Of a DNA stretch of 64,000 nt, positions 50,376 to 63,135 are shown in pieces; the first letter of the stretch is position 1, and the number at the start of each line of letters is the position of its first letter. The stretch is from Catajapyx aquilonaris (taxonomy: Eukaryota), in assembly GCA_000934665.2 (NCBI GenBank), contig KZ538235.1, positions 1 through 64,000 of the forward strand, in the 5' to 3' direction. A model generated the notes under the pieces. It worked only from the letters and a program-made list of their open reading frames with translations. It was not told where the DNA came from and made no database searches. The position numbers and the translations under genes were made by a program.

Positions 50376-51105
50376 CGTGCTACTAAGAATTAATCGAGTA
50401 AGAAGTGCTACTAAGAAGTAGCTAATTGAGTAAGAAGTGCTACTAAGAAGTAGCTAATTGAGTAAGAAGTGCTACTAAGAAGTAGCTAATTGAGTAAGAA
50501 GTGCTACTAAGAAGTAATCGAGTAAGAAGTGCTACTAAGAAGTAATCGAGTAAGAAGTGCTACTAAGAAGTACTCTAGTAGTACTCTAAAACATCATAAT
50601 AATGGCAGCCCTTAGCAGTTCTTAGTGGTACTTCTTAGTGGCACTTCTTAATAGATTACTTCTTCTTAGCACTTTCAATAGTACTTCTTATACCACTTCT
50701 TACTAGTTGTAGTGTCCTAAGTAGTCGTGCTTATTACCAGTTCTTATTAGCATGATATTCACTAGCAGTACTTACTAGAAGTTATTACTAGTAGGTCTAA
50801 GTAGCAGTTCTTATTAGCATGATATTCACTAGCAGTACTTACTAGAAGTTATTACTAGTATGTCTAAGTAGCAGTTCTTAAGCAGCAGTACTTACTAATA
50901 CTTCTGATTAGTACTTCTTGCAAGTTAGTGGCACTTCTTACTACAGTAGTAGTGTTAGTCGCATCACTTACTAGTAGTGTTAGTCGCATCACTTACTAGT
51001 AGTGTTAGTCGCATCACTTACTAGTAGTGTTAGTCGCATCACTTACTAGTAGTGTTAGTCGCATCACTTACTAGTAGTGTTAGTCGCATCACTTACTAGT
51101 AGTGT
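50376..51105. repeat. Cluster of minisatellites (28/32-bp gagtaagaagtgctactaagaagt...; ~68-bp duplication; 25-bp tagtagtgttagtcgcatcacttac)
   Basis: Direct inspection. Confidence 0.85.
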
Positions 51106-52137
51106 TCTTAGGAGCACTTATTCCTAGTAGTTTTCTTAGCACTATAGTTATTATTAGCAGTTCTTCCGAACACAGTTTATCCATAATGGCTTTAGCAACT
51201 TGCCTATTCGCTCATGTGACGCACCCGCTTTTCGAGTAACAAGCCTTCAGCTATACAAAACATGGCTGGAAATAATGAAATCATGCAGGCTACCAGCAGC
51301 AGACCTATCTCCACCCAATCCAAAACTGTTGTTCACGCTTTCTGATTAGATAATCCTCGCCTCCCAAACCACCTCTGCAAAACACGTGAAACCTGTTGGT
51401 CTCCCCACTTCCACCAGTAAATCACATCCCCTGAATGAGCAAATCTGCCCTCTCCTCCCCCCCCCTTTTTTTTATACGTATGAGTATGGGGAGAGATACC
51501 ACTTGTCATTCTGATCACCCCCACCCTCTCCAAGCTCTAACCTAATTTGGGGCAGTCCGGTCCGATCCACCTCATTAGAGATGAAACATTCCCATAATAC
51601 TTGGTTCAAAATCGGAATTCGATGGGTTTCTCCAACCATACTCAGCAATGAAAATCAGTTGGGACCACTGCTTTTTTTTTTTGCAGGGAAGCTCATAATC
51701 GACCTATGTGAAAAGCGCTATTCCTTCACCTGCACTGCCCACATAATATTACTATCGCCCACCCCCCTTTTTTTGATCCGGATCAAGTGTGTGATCCACT
51801 CGTGATAGAAGCGGGGATGGATAGGCTTAGTAACGAGTGTGAGAGGTTTTCACGGTGGGTGGGGGCCAAATTGCCCCGGAGCTGCCCCCTTGTGTGGCCA
51901 GGAATTAGGAAAGGTCCGGTTGTGCCGAAAATTGGCCCGGATCCTCAAAATCTAGTATCGTCAAATATGGGAGAGATAACGAGAATCTTGGGTGCTTCCA
52001 GGGTGTTAAGCAAAGTACACTTGGACTAGTACTTGTAATGTGAAGATTGAAAATTGGGTGCTTATATATTAAAGGTCCAAATGGCTTTCCAGACGTGGTG
52101 CTAAATGGGCTGCTTCATCTCGAACGCGTCTGGAAAT

Positions 52138-52252
52138 ACTGGGTGGAATTTTCGTCCCACTGCTAGTGCTACAGTAGCTAGGCCCTACTGCTAGCTTAGC
52201 AGTACCAACAGTTAGCAGTAGCTAGCAGTGGGACAAAAATATTCCACATAGT
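52138..52252. mobile_element. Small palindromic MITE, family C
   Basis: actgggtggaattttcgtcccactgctag...ctagcagtgggacaaaaatattccacatagt. Confidence 0.75.
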
Positions 52253-52559
52253 GTTTTAAAATTTTTTTTGAAACAAATGAGGTGCCAATTTAATTGCCCC
52301 AGCCTGTCAGAAGTCACCACAAATCATTATGCATTGGTGCAGAAATTTTCAACTGATAACAAGGAATCGCATTTTAGCTAGAAAAATAGCTGTCACATAT
52401 AACTAATACGTAAATATCATTGATTATGATAAGGCTCCTCCTGCTAACTGAATTTAATAAATAATAAAATGAAAAATTAAGAGAGTGAATTTGAATTTAA
52501 CTTATTATTTTACACTAATAGCTATTATAACCAATATCAGGCCAAATTTGACACTAATA

Positions 52560-52955
52560 TAATAATAACTGAAATAACTAATAGATAACAGAAATAACAA
52601 CTAATAGATAACTGAAATAACAACTAATAGTAATAACTGAAATAACAACTAATAGTAATAACTGAAATAACAACTAATAGTAATAACTGAAATAACAACT
52701 AATAGTAATAACTGAAATAACAACTAATAGTAATAACTGAAATATCAATAGTAATAACTGAAATAACAACTAATAATAATAACTGAAATAACAACTAATA
52801 ATAATAACTGAAATAACAACTAATAATAATAACTGAAATAACAACTAATAATAATAACTGAAATAACAACTAATAATAATAACTGAAATAACAACTAATA
52901 ATAATAACTGAAATAACAACTAATAATAATAACTGAAATAACAACTAATAATAAG
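52560..52955. repeat. 25-bp minisatellite taactgaaataacaactaatartaa, about 15 units
   Basis: Direct inspection; G-variant units lie to the left and A-variant units to the right. Confidence 0.9.
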
Positions 52956-54935
52956 TTATCGGGAGGATCCTTACCATAAGGAATTATATTTACTTATTAG
53001 TTACACGTGAAAACTATTTTTCTATCTAAAATTTGTTTTGAGAATTTTGACATTTTGATATAATTAGTATAGAAAATATATTGTTTATCTAATTATTATT
53101 CAGTTCCCAAATATACATAAAAATCACATGGAATAATAACTAAAATTAGTTAAAGCAGTTTAAAATGTTAAAGAAAAAAATGAAATGTTATTTAAAACGT
53201 ATATAATAATAAAACGTATTTGTGAATTAACCAAAAAATAATATATACATTCAAATCACATTAAATAATAATCAAACCCTGTAAGACGGTCACTAATACA
53301 GTATTTGTCGTGAACTGCTACGTAGCAATACTCTCTAATAGCAAGTCGAATGGCCAAAACGCATAGCTGCTTTCACACGTGTCATCTTTCCGTGAATTTA
53401 CAAAAAAAAACCCGATACTTTGGCACTCATTATCCTCTTGACCCCTCATCTAGCTGCTACAAAAATGTGGCAAAAAAACGGCTATTGGAGAATGCTACTC
53501 ATGCAACCCAAATGAAGCTGCCTGACACCCGTTGACCGCCTGCAGCCCCCTCTCTCAACTCCTACAAGCAATCAACTCGCTCATTAGCAAAACTCCCCCN
53601 CCCCCCCCCCCATGAAAAAAAATCGGGATTAGCCTCCATCTAACCCTCCCAAAAACGGGCCCACATATATGCAGATGAATATTAGCATCCCGCCTTAATA
53701 AATAGGCTATTTGCATGCAGCCCAGCTCTAATGTCTCTCTCTCTCTCTTTCTCTTTTTTTCCGTAGCCATTTTTGATCCCATTTTTGATCCCCTCTAGCA
53801 CACATTTCTAATCCTAAACTCGCACGTTCGAATGGGGATGGGCTTCATACAATATTCAAGCCCGACGATTGGGTTCTGGACACACAATTTGGCAACCTAG
53901 CGGCTTTACTAAGGGCTCAGGCACAATGAGGTGGGAAAATGCTTCACCTCCCTCTAGCGGATGTTATCAGGAACTTGGGCGCTAGATAGAAAGAGAGGGG
54001 CGCTTTCTAATGAGACGCATTGTTTACCTACGCCAGCTTGCCAGGAGAGGGAGCTCAGGAAAGTATGGAGGAGTGAGATAAGACGCTTTTGGACCAATTT
54101 AGACGAACTGTCGGGTGGAACCGGATTCTAGAGCCGGTTCTGCATCGCAGAACGATCATAACTGAGGGGGTTGGATTGCTCATTTCTGGGAGAGAAAATT
54201 GCATTAGTGGATGGGGAGGCCTGTTATCGAGAGAGGGTCACCCAACACGTTGGGGCGCCATTGTTGCGGGTGGACAGCCTCGGGAGGTTGCCAGACGCAG
54301 AGGACATGATAAGGGTGGTCCAGCTAGATGTTCAAATAGTTTGGTAATGTCGCTGAGAGTCGAAAGTGACGAAATTATACCTCGAAATCAAGCGACAACT
54401 AATATTTGATTATTTTTAATACGCAGGTTGTTATAAGGATAATGTCATTTTAGTTGTAGTCAATTTTACCTGAAGCTGTTATGTTTTGTAGATTATTGTG
54501 ACCATAACCAGATGGCCTATTTTATAGAAACTGCGGCACCTGGATCGAAGCACAACGAGCTACAGAAAAAATAACTACTTCAGGCAATATTAGTGATCAC
54601 TAAAAATTACCCAGGAACTTATAACCCCCTCTAAGTTATTTCAAACAGATAAAATAATAAAAATAACAATGTATGACAATAATAACTTAACTAAGTCACG
54701 AATAATAACTAATAAACTACTAATAACTTACTACTAATAGTTATTAATGTATAATATTACATTCAACTGAATCGGATAAATTCATTTTATTTATTTTATT
54801 ATATTTTATGCATTAATTCGATATTTACATTTCCTCTTATTTAAATTTAATTAATTTAATATATGATTTTCTTTGTATATACTATATAGATATTAAGTGG
54901 CACATTATATCTTGTACATTTTATTAATTGTTATA

Positions 54936-55188
54936 CAGGGTGGACAACTTCAAGTGTCGTTTTATAACGGCGATTAATAGCAGTGATTTTGCGATGACGT
55001 AGGAGCGGCGTGTAAAATGTCCCACTTCGGCCCAATCGAAAATATTAGCTGCCAATAGGGCAGCCAATTGGCAGCAAATATTTTCGATGGCGCCGAAGTG
55101 GGCCATTTTACACGTCGCTGCTACGTCAATCGTAAAGCGCTTCTATAAATAGCCGTTATAAAACGACACTTGAAGTTGGTCCACCCTG
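54936..55188. mobile_element. Palindromic Tc1/mariner-type MITE, family A (fuller copy)
   Basis: Same TIRs as 455-652 with TA flanks; the whole element folds back, including a central tcgaaaatatt...aatattttcga arm. Confidence 0.88.
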
Positions 55189-57601
55189 TATTATATTAGT
55201 TATTTATTTGTATATTTGATACATTTATAATTATTGTTATATTATTGTGTTATGTACAGTTATTTACAGTATGTTTATATTTTCGTTAATTACTTAATTT
55301 AATTACTAACAGTAATCCCTGCATAAGTTTTAAACGGCTCTGATTGATATCGACATTCCCCAGTGATTTGACGATATATCGATATTCCTGGGTCGCGTTC
55401 TGTGCCCCACGATTGGCAGCGTGATTCTCGCGTCATATGTCACAAGCCGTGATTGGCTCCTTATAACTCCTCCCACCAGTGGCGTCCAATCCCCACTAAG
55501 ACCCATCAAAAAAATGGTCCCCCATTTTCTTAATTAACACCCCCAACTCATTACGAATGCAAACCTGCATTAACCGGACATATCCTTTCTAATTACCCCA
55601 GCATTACAACCAGTTGTAAAGCCGACTCCACCACCCCACCACCCCCTTTCAGAAAATCCTTTTTCTTTTCCGACGCCCAAATCCCATCCTCGACATTGTT
55701 GTAACACCCAAGTTAAAACCCAGTTGCAAGCTGAAAATGCGATTTATGACCTAGGCTATGTGACGTTCATTTGCATATCGGGGGCTGGACCCTTTTTTGC
55801 AAAAAAAAAAAAGAAATAATATTTTGGCGAGACTTTTGAAAGGGTTATAATCCTTGCCCCCACTAACAATGGCCATATTAGGATGTGTAACTACACTCAT
55901 TTAAAAAACCGGTTATTGAACAGGCGCCTAAAAAGTTAATTGCTTCCTCATGTGTAATTATGGTTTTACACATGATTAGAAATGTGGGGTCAATTAAGAG
56001 CTTAGCTGGAAAAAAAATAAGGATGGTAACGACGCTCCTGGAATAATCAGTGTTCTGATGAAATATGAGGCCTGGCTGTAACGGAGTCTTCAGTAATTAC
56101 ACGCCGGCTGTAACTCAACTTCTTGTAGCTTCCACATTTGTTGCTTCTTTAGTACTGGTGGAGGATGGTGGGCGGGGGAGGGGAAGAGGAGGCCTTAATT
56201 ACTGGAAGCGGGGAGGAGATGGTAATGCAGGCTCCGGACCAACTTTCCAAGCGCCAAAACTGTGTTTGTGCAAATTATATGTAGTAATACGCGAAATTTG
56301 CGAGAGGAAGGAATTTTGCATGGGCGAGAAAAAAAAAACATGGGAGGGGTCTGTGTCTCTGTTTGTCCGCAGTGAGTCATCAGTAGTGTGGAGAGAAGGG
56401 AGAAGGGAGATGCGACATCTCTGCGAGCAGTATGGTACTGTCCAGAAGCAGCGTTGCCAAGTCTTGGCAAGGCGTTCACTCTCTTTTGTAATATTTTAAA
56501 TAAATCCTAATCATTATATAAAATAATTATATTACATAAAATGAAACAAGTACAGTACCGGTAGTATAAAATGAATAATTACAGTTGTCTATAATTTAAA
56601 ACTAAACGATTACCGTTGTTTACATTTTTTAAAACAAAAACAAAATGATATCTCTATAAAAAGCAAAGTTTGTTTGTTTGTTTGTTTGTTTGTTTGTTTG
56701 TTCTTACCTATAATATACAGTATGTAGGCTACTGTATAAAGGTATGAAAATAATGTGGGAAATAAGTGAAATGTGAGGATTTCCAAGCTTGAGAGGAAAA
56801 CTCTGACCATTTCATGCCCATTTGCTACCCATTTCATATCCGTGCATAAGACAAACACACAAACTTTCGCCTTTATATATGTATAGAAAATGTTTGTTTG
56901 TCCTATATGTATAGGTATGAAATGGGTGTGAAAATAACCATGTTTACCTATCACGATTGAAAATCCCCACAATGAACCCACCATCTTGGCCTGAAGGAAT
57001 TGGCTCCTCGACTTTGTTTCTTGGCATCAAATGAAGTGGGGTGAAGATCCCAAGACGAGACTCCAAGATCTGTTGGGAATCAGGGGAATTTGGAGGGGGT
57101 AAAACGAGGGACTTCCTTGACACCCGGAAAAGCAAGTCGTGGTCCCACCCCCTCCCCCCAGATTGAATCCGGATCAACCTTATTTCCAACTCTTGCTCAA
57201 ATTTGATCCTGGTTTTAATCAAGCTTTTTTCCCCCACGCCTTGCTCGTGTTCGAGGATAGGCAAAAAAAATGAGCAATTTTCATACTTTTGCTCTCAAAA
57301 ATGGGATCCTTCAGTTGGGCTTCACGCCCTGTTCATCACAAGTTACGACTTGCCAGGCCTGGTATTAAACGTCTAATCAAACGCGAGCGCAACAATCAAA
57401 TGGCGTGAAGGCTCGGAGCTTAAAACAAAATTGATTTCCAACACTCCGGATTTTCATCTCAACACTTTCGTATACACTCATGGTACATCTACTGTACAGT
57501 TGAGTCAGAACAAGTTATATCATAATGTAGAATTAAGGTAAAAAAATAACAGGTTACTATGGCAAGTCTTAAATGCCACATTAAATGTAAATTATCATGC
57601 A

Positions 57602-57711
57602 ACCGTGCCTGGCATGGCCACAAGTACTGGTGAGGTCCCCCAAAATCCTTCAGAATGGAATTTGGGTGACCTCACCAGTACTTTCCGACGTGTGGGCATG
57701 CCAGGCACGGT
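57602..57711. mobile_element. 110-bp palindromic MITE-like element
   Basis: accgtgcctggcatg.ccaca..agtactggtgaggtc / gacctcaccagtact..tgtgggcatgccaggcacggt; TSD unclear. Confidence 0.65.
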
Positions 57712-58724
57712 ACATCGCCTCCTGCTGCCAAGGATGACCTCGGAGATCAAGTCCAATATGCTAAGAACCTTCCCCGTTAAAAACTACCCCTAATGATCCC
57801 CCTGGGGCATATGTCGATGCCTCCGCATTGAATTGCATCGGGAACATACAGACATACGTTCTGAAATATGGATACGATATGATATCGAATTTGCTTGGGT
57901 CTGTGGCTCTATTTCTCCGCGGTGTAGTGTGGCATCTATGTGAGTGGTATGGCACTACGTCCACAGTCGCATTCTCCTTTCACTTATAGGTGGAAGTAAC
58001 TGCTTCATATTCAAGCTAAATTAACCGAGTATCGGAAACAAAATCTGGGTAACTCATAAAGTAACAATGAGAGTTTATCCGTTCTGTGAACCGAATATTG
58101 GCTGACCGATAACTGTCTCCCGGTCACATTCATGCGTTTGTCAATTTCTAACCCCCCCCCCCCCCCCCCCGACCGGGGACATCATTTCGATGGATTTGAC
58201 AGGCAATGATCGGTGCCACGCATTATGTCGGACAACTGCATGAAATCATCGATGTTCAATACAAAACTCTCCCACCATTATGATAGGCAGACGATGTGTG
58301 TGGGTGTGGGGGGTGTGTGTGTTTCGAAGTCAGATCGGCCCACATTAGCGAATCAATGTTTGTGGGAATATGGTCCTTCAAAGGCAATTATGCGAATATA
58401 TTGGAAAGGACACATACGCAAAAAAATAATTATTATGGATGGAATTTGCAAATTTTGGGGTGGGCCAGGATTGAAAATTCACAAAGCTTTGTGCCTGTCA
58501 ACATCAGGAGTATGGTGAATAAGAATGTAATATTCCATGCATCAGGTCAAATCTCCCATTTTACGTTTGAGATGCTACCAATTGGCAATTTAGGCCTGGA
58601 CAAACAAATAAACAAGCTTGATTTCATACCCCTTTTACTACCCAATTCATATACCCATACATACACCCTCAATCTCGTCACGTATATTATTTATAGTGAA
58701 AATGGCGTAAAATGTCACGAATAA

Positions 58725-58886
58725 AGTAAACGTGACTGTAACGTATCTATACGTTACACAGTCACGTTTACTCTATAGAGTAAACGTGACTGTGACGTAG
58801 AGTAAACGTGACTGTGACGTATAGAGTAAACGTGACTGTGACGTATAGAGTAAACGTGACTGTGTAACGTATAGAGTAAACGTGAC
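58725..58886. repeat. ~25-bp tandem repeat agagtaaacgtgactgtgacgtat with one inverted unit
   Basis: Direct inspection; the inverted unit at about 58748-58773 creates two adjacent palindromes. Confidence 0.85.
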
Positions 58887-60151
58887 TACGCCTGTACGTC
58901 TGGCCTGCTCATTCAATCCCTAAACATAGAACAAAGAAACACACTTTTGCCTGACATACTCGTAGATATATAATAGGGAAAGTTTGTTTGTTTGTTTGTT
59001 TGGCTTATGTATGGATTAAACCAAACTTTGAACCAAATTCGTCACATATCATAGTTACATCCCCGCTTCCCACAAACGAATACGTACAAATCCTCCAGGC
59101 CTTCCATTTTATCCTCCTCCCCACCTCCCCACCCCATCCCTACCCCACTCTCTATTGCAATTTCATCCGCGAAAATGACCCACCCTAGTCCCTAAACGCA
59201 GCGGGGTAATGCTGTTGTACACTAAGCAGACAGCCCCCTGCAACTATAAAACTACAAATGAAGTCCGTACAGTTATGGAAATTCTGAGTAAGAGTTGGAA
59301 GGGGGGTAGAGGGGGATGGGAAGGGGGGGAGGAGGGGAAAGGTAATAATACCTCTCCCCGAAGTTTTATGGGCAAAACGTAAAAGCGGGAAATGAACTTA
59401 GCTGGATGGGTTTTTAGAGAAGGGTGTAGGGAGTAAGGGGATGGAGGAGACAGGGGAGGGAGAAAAAATATATGCGTTTTTCATACACATTGGACAGTTT
59501 TAAAGCTTCCGAGAGACGTGTCTCTCAGAAGTCATCTGTGAGAAATCCCCAGGTGATTTCTTGGAAGATGCCTTACGTCTTGTGTCATACTGTTCTGTGA
59601 CACCTACAAGTTGGACAAGTTTCATACCGCGAACTTGGGACGGTTTGTGGGGCACTAATTTAATTTTAATAATTTTTAATAATTTTTAATAATTTTCAAT
59701 AATTTTAATAATTTTAATAATTGCTCACAACAACGAAGCATTTTACGACCATGCCGGGGCGAGTTCTATAACATCATTCTCGCCTTATTTTCACTTTGCG
59801 TGACGTCAACATTGCCTTAGATGCAATGACGTCACAATATCCTTCCGAAAAAACGCTAGTAGATCCGGGACTGAAACTGATTTCTTAAAACGGAATACGC
59901 CCAAAAAAAATCGAAAAATATGGCCGAATTTATGATGTAGTTTCCAAAATGTAGGATAGGACCCCATTGCACCAAAAAAATTTCAATCCAAAAATCTATA
60001 GCCTATTGCAGTGTTTGCCCAAACCCTTGCCCCTTAGGAATACATGTACTGTAATACATCTGCAAATGTACTGTAACCACTGGCAGCCCCGCGCAAAATG
60101 GCCATGGTTGTAACAATGCAAGCATCAGCCATTTGCATTAAAAATAATTTT

Positions 60152-60533
60152 TAGACACTTTCTCATCGATAAAAGTATTATAGAACTGCTCTGTCCGTTT
60201 GTCTGTCTGTGGACAGGTATCATGGCCTATAAACGCATGAGATAGCGATAAACAGTTTTCGGATTCGGATTCAGCGGATACTAAATAAGGTTCATGGCGA
60301 ACTTTCGGTGTTCCGGGTTCACTCTAACCGCCAAAGTCGAGTCCACACCGTATAATTTTGTTAGCTCTTGCTTGGCAACCGGAAATGAGACCGACAATTC
60401 AGTATCATTGTTGTCCAGTAAGAATCGCATCTTGTGGTATATCGTATTCAACAAAGTTGTCAGTCTCATTACATGCTGCCCAATGAGAAAAAGTCTACTC
60501 TAATCACGCTCGCGTGATTTGCCAATCTAGTCT
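60152..60533 (+). mobile_element. DINE-1/Helentron-associated (HINE-like) element
   Basis: subTIR tagacactttctcat / atgagaaaaagtcta; gtcc/gtct microsatellite near the 5' end; 3' stem-loop aatcacg-ctcg-cgtgatt; T-rich insertion site without TSD. Confidence 0.7.
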
Positions 60534-62379
60534 TAAATAAGCAATGTGGCTTAATTATTTGCTGTAATACACACATTTCCGGCTATAATTTCAAATTTAA
60601 TTAGAGAACAATCTTGGACTGCGACAGTTAATTCTGACTTGTCTTGATGGCGTGGAACATTGGAGATTAACTGTTTTTGGAGGGACAAGTTTTTGGTAAA
60701 ATTATTGTTGCTATTAAATGCACCGGCAGTTTAATTTATAGTCGGTGACATGGACTTCAAATTGGGCGTAAGTACACTACACAGTGTAAAACAAGGTTTC
60801 AAGGGAGATTACACTGTGCAACCGGCTGGGTAGCAATCAGTTTCGTTTTAATAATGTTTTCAGTCATTGGGGTTAATTGTGGTGCAGTTAAGTTGGGTTA
60901 CATGCAAATGCGATGAAATAGGAGGTAATTTTCGACCCCCCCCCCCCNCAGTTAATTTCTAGTCGCTATGTTAGCTCATTTGCTAATTTCAAATATTGGC
61001 ATCCCTGCGTGTGCAATTTTAATTTACAATTATTGTCCTAACAATTACAATAAATATTATATTCCCACCCTTCCCTTATACGGGGCTGTATTAAAATTGT
61101 ATGCCTTTGCTCCGCCCGTAATTACATAAGCACGTGTCTGTAATAAATGTCAGCCTAACTTATGCTCGGAAACTGGACCCCCAAAGTTCGAACCCTGGGC
61201 CTTCTGAATTATTTTTTCTCGTTTTCCTCCTTGGTTGTTCAGACTGTGAGTGATTTCCCGAGGGACTTTGATGTGTAAATAATTCACTTTATTGTGAATC
61301 AGAATCTACCTTTTTTTTTTGTGAAACTGTTCCCTTCCACTAAACTTTGTTTCGCTCTGCAGGTGAAATTGAGCTCGAAACACCGTTGGAGTTATGTCCA
61401 ACTAGGTATTCCTAAGTAATCAGTAGCAAAAAGGTTAAACACACATGGCTTGGTGTCCTGGTTTAAAATCTACAGAACTGGAGGATATCAAGTCAGGAAT
61501 TGTTCACTCTAGTGTAAACTTTTAAAGGAAGCAAGCTGAAGGAGCAGCATCGATTAAACGTTTCCAATTAAAGAATTAAGCTTAATATTTCAAATAATCA
61601 CTTATTACAAAATGCAACGTTTGTTTGTTTGTTCATCATAAATCATAAAACTATTTGTCGATTAATAAGTAATAACTTCAATTCAAATTCATATTTTTTT
61701 GCAACACTAACAATATATGCTTTATCGGTATTAAATTCACCGCCTCTAGCAACTGGCTAGAAGAGCGAGGGCGTAGCTGATGGATCAAAACCTGATTAAA
61801 GCCCCCAACGTGCAATGACTCTCACACGTACGAAATAATATTCATATGATATGCAAATAATAAACCCACCAGCAGACTTCTTAAACATTCGCCTGAAGCA
61901 TTGCAACAAAACGGCGAGATCAAAGTATAAAAATCCGACGGCCCAAAATATATTTTTCCAGAGTTTTCGCCAAAAATAATAAATTTTTGTTTTTTAAAAA
62001 AAAACTCGGCCTCCAAATGCTAACAAAACACGAGCATTCAATCGTTATTTTAACGGGCCTCCGCACTCGGGATATCTCTTAAATAAACATTTCACGCTGC
62101 TTTTTTTTCTGGATAGGCTTTTGTTTCCATTACATATGCTTCCTCTCTTTTCGCGAATGGTTAAACACACATTTGCGCAAATTTTTTTTGCAGCTGACAT
62201 ATAGCCTACCGTACTCGCAATTTTTTTGGTATATATAGCCTACAATTATGCTGGAAAATGGCGCATATTTACGCCAAAAAATCCTACATGTCAGGAAATT
62301 TCGATGAAATTTGGCTTATTCAAAATAGTAGCTGACACTATCAGGCTAAAATCATATGTTAATCATATTATCTTCACCA

Positions 62380-62471
62380 ATTATAAAGCATAGCTGTTTA
62401 GCTAAATCATTGAAGAGTAAGCTGCTAATAGCTGTCAACATATATTATTTTTCACAAATTATAAGCATAGC

Positions 62472-62542
<71 letters not shown>

Positions 62543-63135
62543 TTTATACCCCGTTATCAGCCTATCGGCTCTTTAGGGGGGAAGTTTTGTTTTGCCTGGA
62601 ACTCTTTGCTTTCATTTTACTGCCCTTTATGGGATGGGATAGGGACGAAAGGAAGCGGCTGTGGCCTATTAATTACGGAAACAACTCCGGAATTTTCCTG
62701 GAAGGACCGTGGGGAACCACAGAAAACCACAATCAGAGTTACCGGCCCCGGGATTTGATCCCAGGACCTCCAGATTATCAGTCGGACACCATATCCCCTA
62801 CTCCAAACTGCTTCGGTCTGTTTAGCTAATACCTCTCAAATAAACTGCTAATAGCTGTCAAAATATTAATTACATTATTTTCACAAATAAGCATGGCTGT
62901 TTAGCTAATTCCTCTAAAAATAAGCTAATAGCTGTGGAAATATAATTTATAATATTTTCTCAACTTAAAACCATAGCTGTTTAGCTAATATAGGTACCTT
63001 TAAGAGTTAGCTGCTAAGAGGTGTCAAAATATTAATTATACTGCATAATTTTTACAAGTTATAAGCATAGCTGCTAGGCAAATACAGTAATCTTTAAGCA
63101 TAAGCGACAAATAGCTGTCAAAATAACTGCTATTT
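62380..63135. repeat. ~80-100-bp degenerate tandem repeat (aagcatagctgtttagctaat...aatagctgtcaaaatatt) hosting the SINE
   Basis: About five copies, the second split by the SINE. Confidence 0.75.
62473..62817 (-). mobile_element. tRNA-derived SINE with (ATT)23 tail; central domain resembles Lm1/Talua-type insect SINEs
   Basis: Minus-strand head has A-box-like tggagtagggg and B-box-like gggatcaaatccc. Body gtggttttctgtggttcccc...ggaaaattccggagttgtttcc...ggccacagccgcttcc resembles that domain as I recall it. It splits an aagcatagct|gtttagctaat unit of the host satellite. Confidence 0.8.

Noticed and set aside
61320..61410. Plus-strand acceptor/donor pair (ctctgcag|...ag|gtattc)
   Set aside because: Weak donor, no recognisable coding content and no partner exons.
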